Origin: Azolla caroliniana
Lineage: Eukaryota; Plantae; Polypodiophyta
Length of the DNA: 64,000 nt
Direction of reading: 5' to 3'
NCBI GenBank assembly: GCA_043228905.1
Contig: JBHGNT010000009.1
Coordinates: 13,640,001-13,704,000, forward strand
Shown in pieces: positions 57,202-64,000 of the stretch. The position numbers and the translations under genes were made by a program. The notes beneath the pieces were generated by a model that searched no databases, was not told where the DNA came from, and worked only from the letters and a program-made list of their open reading frames with translations. The stretch's first letter is position 1. Each line of letters starts with the position of its first letter.

Positions 57202-59010
57202 TCACTTTGACCGGGTTGTGACCTGCTGTACTTCTGTTATTTCGGCTGTAACCATGTTGACTTCCGGCTGCTTGTCATTGGTTTTGCTTGGGCATTGGTT
57301 ACTATAGTGGCCTTCCTTACGGCAGTAATAACAGTACACCTTGTGATTGTTGCTCGTTTCTCCTTTGTCCCCGGTTTGGAGGGTGGGTATGCTCCGGCGG
57401 TCGTCCTCGGTTTTTCGGTTATCCGGTACCGATACCGGGTTGTCATTCCTCGCTGTCTCCCAATGTTCCTCTCTTCGGAAAAATCCACGCTTCTGATTCC
57501 GTCGGAAATTTCGGTTCCCTTGTCGCCTCTCTTCTCTGCGTCGTTCGTATTCCGGGGATTCGTCTCGGTCGTACCGGTCCCGGGGGTAGCTATCTCTGCG
57601 TCTCTCCTCTCGGTCATAGTTATCGCGTCTTCTATCAGCGTATCTGTTACCGCGTTCGCGTTGGTAGCGGTCGTCTCTCCGGAATCGATCCTCGTCCGGG
57701 TTCTGATTGCGCGGTTCTATGTGTCGAACCGGTGCTGCCTGCCGATTTAACAGGTTATATTCGCATCGGTCCGTTGTATGGGCTCGAGAGTTGCAGATCA
57801 TACATTGTGTCCGCAGGGTGCAGTCTACTGTTGAGTGCCCCGAATTTAGGCATGTTGTACATTGTAATGCATGTCGGAACCTCAGGTCTTCCTCCTTCAG
57901 GAGTGCCCGATGTAACATCCCCATCAACAAGAAGGGGCTAGTCTTGTCCATTTCTAAAACCCGATCAATAACTTGGTCCATTGTGCTGGTTTGGAAATCA
58001 AGGACTCCGCACATTGTTCGAAGTGGCTCTTTCAGCGCGGCCAAAAAGACTGCTTTGGCTTCGTCTTCGGGTGGTGCTCTTGTCAGTTGGCTGTGCAGGG
58101 TCTGAAACCAAATGATGAATTGTGGCACAGTCTTGTTCTCTTCCTGCCGGGTGGTGTAGAACTGCCCGACCAATTCCCTTTGCTCAAATTGTCTGTGAAA
58201 AAGCCTGAGGAATCTGGCCTTCAAGGCATCGAATGTGGCAAAGCTGCCCGGTACGTGCTTTGCGTGCCATCGGGCCGCCGGTCCTTCTAAGGTTATGCCG
58301 AATTCGGCGACTTTGGATCGTTCGGCTTCGGGCTCCGTCAGTCTTTGGGAGACATGGTTGGCTTCCCATGTTTGGAGGAATGCGTACACGTGTGCCTCCG
58401 CGTCGGCCTCATCCCGGTACTTTGGGTATGGGTACGGCATTGTGTCGTCCAACTGACTCTCCTGCTTCCTCCGCTCTCTGTCCGCTGTTGGCGTTGGTGT
58501 GAGAACCTTTGGTTCCTCCGCGGGTGTTGCCGGTGTCCGGTCCTTTGGTTCCTCCGCGGGTGTTGTCGGTATCCGGTCAGCCTCCCTCGGCGATTGCCGG
58601 TCACCGAATTCCAGGGTTATTTCTTCCTCTGGCGCCGGTGTTACTGAGTCTTCCGACCCCTCGTCCTCCCGGTCGTTTGGTGTGTCATGGCTGCTTTTAT
58701 ACCGGGACTCAATGCTTCCGTCGCTTTCCGACTCCGCTTCAAGTGTTGCGAATGCTTCCGAGTCCCCGTCGCCCCCGGCGAGCGTCTGCAGTATCGTTTC
58801 CGCCTCTTGCAGGCTTGTTATGCTACTGCCTTCGTCGGGGATTTGCAGAACCCGAAACTGCAGTGCTTCTTCTGCGACTCTCCGAAGAGTTTTGGAGAAT
58901 GACCGATCCCGCCGGATCTCGTCGACGGCTTGCTGCAGGGCTTCCCGTCGTTGCTCGCGTTCGGTGTATCGTCTCCCTCGTTCGGTGATGTGGTCGTTGT
59001 TTGGTCTAGA
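57202..59010 (-). CDS. gag of gypsy G (near-intact)
   Basis: ORF 57202-59097 has a retrotransposon gag core (LEGPAARWH...LKARFLRLF) and knuckles CTTCLNSGHSTVDC, CMICNSRAHTTDRC and CYYCRKEGHYSNQC. Confidence 0.8.
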   Translation of the reverse strand, partial: SRPNNDHITERGRRYTEREQRREALQQAVDEIRRDRSFSKTLRRVAEEALQFRVLQIPDEGSSITSLQEAETILQTLAGGDGDSEAFATLEAESESDGSIESRYKSSHDTPNDREDEGSEDSVTPAPEEEITLEFGDRQSPREADRIPTTPAEEPKDRTPATPAEEPKVLTPTPTADRERRKQESQLDDTMPYPYPKYRDEADAEAHVYAFLQTWEANHVSQRLTEPEAERSKVAEFGITLEGPAARWHAKHVPGSFATFDALKARFLRLFHRQFEQRELVGQFYTTRQEENKTVPQFIIWFQTLHSQLTRAPPEDEAKAVFLAALKEPLRTMCGVLDFQTSTMDQVIDRVLEMDKTSPFLLMGMLHRALLKEEDLRFRHALQCTTCLNSGHSTVDCTLRTQCMICNSRAHTTDRCEYNLLNRQAAPVRHIEPRNQNPDEDRFRRDDRYQRERGNRYADRRRDNYDREERRRDSYPRDRYDRDESPEYERRREERRQGNRNFRRNQKRGFFRREEHWETARNDNPVSVPDNRKTEDDRRSIPTLQTGDKGETSNNHKVYCYYCRKEGHYSNQCPSKTNDKQPEVNMVTAEITEVQQVTTRSK

Positions 59011-62000
59011 CATCCATCCCCCGGTTGTCCTCTGCACTTTGCAGGAATCGTGGTCGCCAAAATAGTGTTGTCTGCCTGGCCGGACTAGCCTCAACACAGG
59101 TGTCTATCCGACACTTCTCCAAAGGGGTGGTAAGGATTGGATGCTAGGTTACACGCGTAAGATGATTACAATTAAGCACAGACGGTAAACAATACGAGAT
59201 ACAGATAAACACGCAATAATTACTATTGTATTACTTCCGTCAAACCCTTTACAAATCATCGGATCCTTTTATAGGCATCCGGCAAGGTTACAATCGGTGC
59301 GCTTAGGCAACCGACGTCCGAATCGGTCCGGATCCGGATCGGTACAACTGTACCGGATCCGTCCCTCCGAATAATAATTCTACTATTATTTACTTCCTAT
59401 TATCCGATCCGACTCCGCCTTCCCACTTGCCCTTGCTCTTCTGACCGGCCAACAGTAGACACTATCGGTGAGTTGTGGCACAAGAGATTGTGCCACATGA
59501 GCTAGAAGGGGATGCGTAAATTTGCCGAGGATAACCTCATTCCGGAGGTGAAAGACGTGCAACTTGAGAGCTGTACTGACTATTTTGCCAAAAGGCAAAA
59601 CTGAACCCCTTTCCGGTCGAGATCACCAACAAGACGGAAAGAAACGGTGAAGCTCGTCCATACCGATGTATGCCAAGTGGGCACAAAGTCACATGTTGGG
59701 TCGTAGTACTTCATGACGTTCATAGATGACCACAACTAGAAGTTGTGGGTCTCATTGCTGAAGACGAAGAATTAGGTGTTGACCGTCTTCAAGGAGTTCC
59801 ACACAAGACTGGAAAGAGAAACCAACCAGAGCCTGAAGGCAGTTCGAGCCGACAATGGTGGAGAGTACCGGGGGTTGTTTGAGGAGTACTATCGATCAAA
59901 AGGAATCCGGCTCGAATTTACTGTATCGAAGATGCCGGAGCTAAACGGATTGGCCGAAAGGATGAATTGGATTTTAATGGAGAGTGTCTAGAGCATGTTG
60001 GCACATGCTAAGTTGCCTAAGACATTTTGGGCTGAAGCGCTAATGACAATGACGTATGTGTTAAATAGGTCACCCTCAGCACCCTTGGAAGGAGATACAC
60101 AACAGAGAGTATGGACCGATAAAGACGTCTCTTACCGGCATCTGAAGGTGTTCGGTTGTCTCGCCTACGTACATGTAGCAAAGGACAAGAGAGCAAAATT
60201 AGATCCAAAGTCCCGATCATGCATATTCCTTGGGTACGACGATGATGAGCTCGGATATTGAATCTGGGACTTGGTCAACAAGAAGGTCTTTCCGAGTCGA
60301 GACATAGTCTTCATGGAAGACAAGACCATTGCTGACTGGGAGTCGGAGAAGAAGACAACGAATTCTGGGTCGACCGACAGAGATCAGTTGAAGGATATAA
60401 GGACCCATCAGACCGGAAGCCGGATGACACTCGATGAACCGACCGGTTCTGGACAAGAAACTAAATCGACTGAAGAGGATACGGACACACACGGAAATCG
60501 GACACCCGAACCAGATTCGGATGAAGAAACGGTGTCAGAGAATCAAGGATGAATATATCCTCTCAAGGAGAGAAGATCCCCCAGAGATTCCCGAAAGAAG
60601 AGTGTATTTTGCTGACCGATGAGGGGGAGCTGGAAAGCTTTGAAGAAGCAATGAGGGACACCCACAACCGTAAGTGGTTGAGTGTCATGCAGCACGAAAT
60701 GTATTCCCTGCATGAGAACCATACATATGAACTAACGGAGTTGCCGAAAAGAAAGAGAGCACTCCAAAACAAGTGGGTGTACAAGTTAAAACTGAGAGAT
60801 GTCGGAAATCCACCAAGATACACAGCCCGGATCGTGGTGAAGGGTTTCCAGTAGAAAAAGGGAGAGGATTTCGACGATATCTTTGCCCCAATAGTCAAGA
60901 TGACGTCCATCCGGACGGTGCTGAGCACAACGGCGAGCATGGACCTCGAGGTTGAGCAACTTGATGTCAAAGACGACGTTCCTACATGGTGACCTTGACG
61001 AAGAGATCTACTTGCAATGCTGGAGGGATTTGTCAAGAAAGGGAAGGAGAATCTGGTGTGTCGATTGAAGAAGAGATTATATGGATTGAAGCAAGCCCCC
61101 CGGCAATGGTACCGGAAGTTTGACTCCTTCATGACCGATCAGGGATTACCACAAGATGCAGGTCGACCACTGCGTATTCGTGAAGAAGTTCGACAGAGAA
61201 GACTTCCTGATACTATTGTTGTACGTGGACGACATGTTGATCGTCGAACGGGACCATATCAAGATCGGGATGTTGAAGAAGGCCTTAAGTCAGTCCTTCT
61301 CAATGAAAGATATGGGTCTAGCGAGGAAGATTCTGGGAATGCATATAATCTAGGACCAGACAAAGAAGTTGTTGTGGTTGTCACAAGAGAAGTACGTGAC
61401 AAAGGTGCTCCAAAGGTTCAACATGTCGGATGTGAAGCCGGTCAAATCGACACTTTCGACAAATTGCAAGTTGTCCGGAAAACAAAGCCCAAAGATAAAT
61501 GCAGAGAAGTCAGATGAAGATATTGTATGCCTCTACAGTCGGAAGTCTCATGTACGCAATGATGTGCACACGACTAGACATCGGATACGGAGTTGGAGTA
61601 GTAAGTCGGTTCATGAGCAATCCAAGGAAGGACCACTAGACAATAGCAAGTGGGTACTCCGGTACCTAAAAGGTATCTCAAGCTTGTGCCTCCAATTTGG
61701 CTCAAGTAAACCCCAACTTGAAGGATTCACCGATTTGGACATGTCGGTTGATGCGGACACCGGCCGATCTACATCCGGATCTGTCATGACAAATTCAGGG
61801 GAAGTCGTATCGTGCAGTCAAGGCTACAAAAGTCTGTTGCACTGTCGACAACAAAAGCGGAGTACATGGCGGTCGTGGAAGCTGGCAAGGAAATAGTCTG
61901 GATGAAGGACTTCATCGAAGAGCTTGGGATCCAATAGGAGGAATATCGGCTCTACTGCGACAGTGAAAGTGCCATCCACCTTGCGAAGAACATGACCTAC

Positions 62001-64000
62001 CACTCCAGGACGAAGCACATCCAACGCATATACCATTGCCTTCAGGAGAGATTAGAATACCAAGACATCACTCTGGTGAAGATCCACACAAAGGAGAATG
62101 GGTCAGATATGTTGACCAAGGTGTTGTCAACCGACAAGCTAGACTCATGCCGGAGACGGATCAGGTTAACGAAGAACCCATGCCGGAGTGAAGGGGGGGA
62201 TTGTTGAGATTTCGGTACCTCCGGATGGGGACCGGTCGAGCCGGATTGGAGGATCCGGAGGAGGAAGCCAGATCGGATGGATCCGAAAGGAGTTTGGCCG
62301 GATTCAGTATGAACCGTGAAGAGAGACAAATTTGTAAATATGTTTCTTATGGGCCATTGAGGCCATTTTTTGTAAATAGCCCGTACATAGTGAGCGAGAG
62401 TGATACAAAAAGTCTTCTATTGTAACTGTCGGTTGGCAAAGCTAGAGCAAGAGACCGTTGCCTCCAAGTCTCACATTACAGTACCTCTTCTCTATAGTGA
62501 TCTTGTTTGGAGTCAAAGAACTCCCTTGGTTTTTCCTCTTGAGGTTTTCCACATAAATATCCGGTGTCACCTCATTTGACTGTGTAAGTGCATTCATTCT
62601 CTTGTTAATCTTCCATTTGTATTGTGAAATTTGGTTGTGAAATTTGGTTGTGGCCAAGCGCGATTATCTGCATGTTCGACAATCTGGCCGACCAAGACCA
62701 AGTTTTCCGTGATGGTTGGAACAGGCAGGATGTTCTTTAGGTAGGTTTGTTTTCCGTCATTCCCGAATGGGACATTTTCAATATGCCAAATTGAGTTGTG
62801 TCATCTCTGGTTTTGACATAGCCGGGTTGATCGGGCTTACTCAACTCTCGGAACCAATCTTCGTGAGACGTCATGTGATTGGACGATCTAGAGACTACAA
62901 ACCATATATTGTCTGGGGAAGAGGTACTAGTCGAACCTTGTGCCGATGTCGAATGAGCTTTATGCCTCATTACGAACATCCTGCCATGATCGTCATAATC
63001 AAAATTCGTGGCATAGTTTGTGAGTTGTCGGCTAGTCGAAGCCGACTCTCGATTCTTCTTTCGGCACTCCTCTTGTAGTGGTCGAGTTTTCCACAATACC
63101 CGCATTCAATCGGGTTGTTTTGGTGGCTCGGTCTAGCAGGATGGCTCTCCCTTCTACTGAAGTCCCTAGGTGTGTTTCTGGCCTCTTGCCCAATGATGGG
63201 AATTGCACTCTCGGGTCCTTTGAGCCTATAGGCCTCTATTTACTCTGCCAAATCCTCTTCCATCATCCGATTGGGAGTAGAGCATCTGATCATCGGGTGG
63301 ATTGCTCCTTTGTCAAGCATGATTTTCTTCAACCAATAGTATTGATTAAAGGTCGAAAAAGGAGGGAGGATTCTCCCTTGCAAGAATGGCCGATCTGACC
63401 GTGTCGAATCGTGGTGCTAGACCGCTGAGGCATATTTGTACCATTTCATCATCATCGATGACGACGTTGATCGAGCCGAGGGCATCACATAGCTCCTTGA
63501 TCTTCAAGGTATAGTTGGTGATTAACATGTCCCTCTATTTCATAATGTTTAACTCCTGTTGGAGTTGGAGTTTTCGTGCAGTCGTGTTGGCTGCGAAAAT
63601 CTTCTTGAGATTGCCCCAAGCTTCTTTTGGCATTTTTGTCTCTTGAATATAGTCGAGCATGTGATCATGAAAGCATGATGCAAGGTAATACACCACACGA
63701 CTAGCCGCCTGCTCCCATTCTAGGTAGTTGGCATGTGTTGGGTTGGGTTGGTTTTCGTTAGCTCCTTCGATATAGCTCCAATAACCTTGTCTGACAAGGT
63801 ATTGATGCATCTTGTATTCCCAAGATGCAAAGTTTGTCCTGTCGAGCTTCTTTGTAGGAAGAGCGCTTCCCATTTGAATATTCATGGTGTTGATTTCTTC
63901 TCTGTTATTGAACCGGTTCTGTTGATTGTTGGTGTGTAGCAAGAAACAGTTGAATAAGCTCGATCAGAAAACTACACGCTCTGATACCATGTAAAGAACC

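Larger units (their letters stand above)
50554..59454 (-). mobile_element. Young Ty3/gypsy family G element with 3' extra ORF; TSD GTAGA
   Basis: 389 bp LTRs at 59066-59454 and 50554-50942 (2 mismatches seen). TSD at 50549-50553 and 59455-59459. PBS TGGCGACCAC at 59050-59059. Gag with three Cys/His knuckles, PR IIDGGSG, RT FLDDF. RNase H-integrase deletion at ~55045. Confidence 0.95.
48688..62672 (+). mobile_element. Ty1/copia family A element; TSD TGTTC; split by gypsy G
   Basis: LTRs 48688-49229 and 62202-62672. TSD at 48683-48687 and 62673-62677. Gag/PR 49268-50548, INT-RT-RH 59460-62191, PPT aaggggggga. Confidence 0.92.

Noticed and set aside
52791-58105. Plus-strand ORFs of 200-300 aa opposite gypsy G
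   Set aside because: Antisense shadows of gag, pol and the extra ORF in GC-rich sequence, with no independent motif.

Overview
This is gene-free plant nuclear heterochromatin: a deep stack of nested, mostly decayed retrotransposons with no intact host gene. From about 13.85 kb to the window end, one minus-strand Ty1/copia element (family B) is split by three insertions bounded by target-site duplications (TSDs). These are a chromodomain gypsy (15587-18678), a copia D element (18917-47847) and a copia A element (48688-62672). Copia D carries a plastid psaA-psaB insertion (NUPT), which is itself split by a non-autonomous LTR element and another copia A. That copia A holds further gypsy and copia layers, giving six levels in total. 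The NUPT keeps six unedited C-to-U editing-type codons, which points to a fern, lycophyte or hornwort-type host. The most striking observation concerns a young gypsy element (50554-59454) and a non-coding element with different LTRs (23248-27038). Both lack a polypurine tract (PPT). In its place they carry a shared motif matching the 3' end of tRNA-Arg(UCU), which reads as a second, inverted primer-binding site (PBS) and suggests tRNA-primed plus-strand synthesis. All alignments, mismatch counts and tRNA matches were done by eye or from memory and need computational confirmation. Family letters A-G are my own labels.
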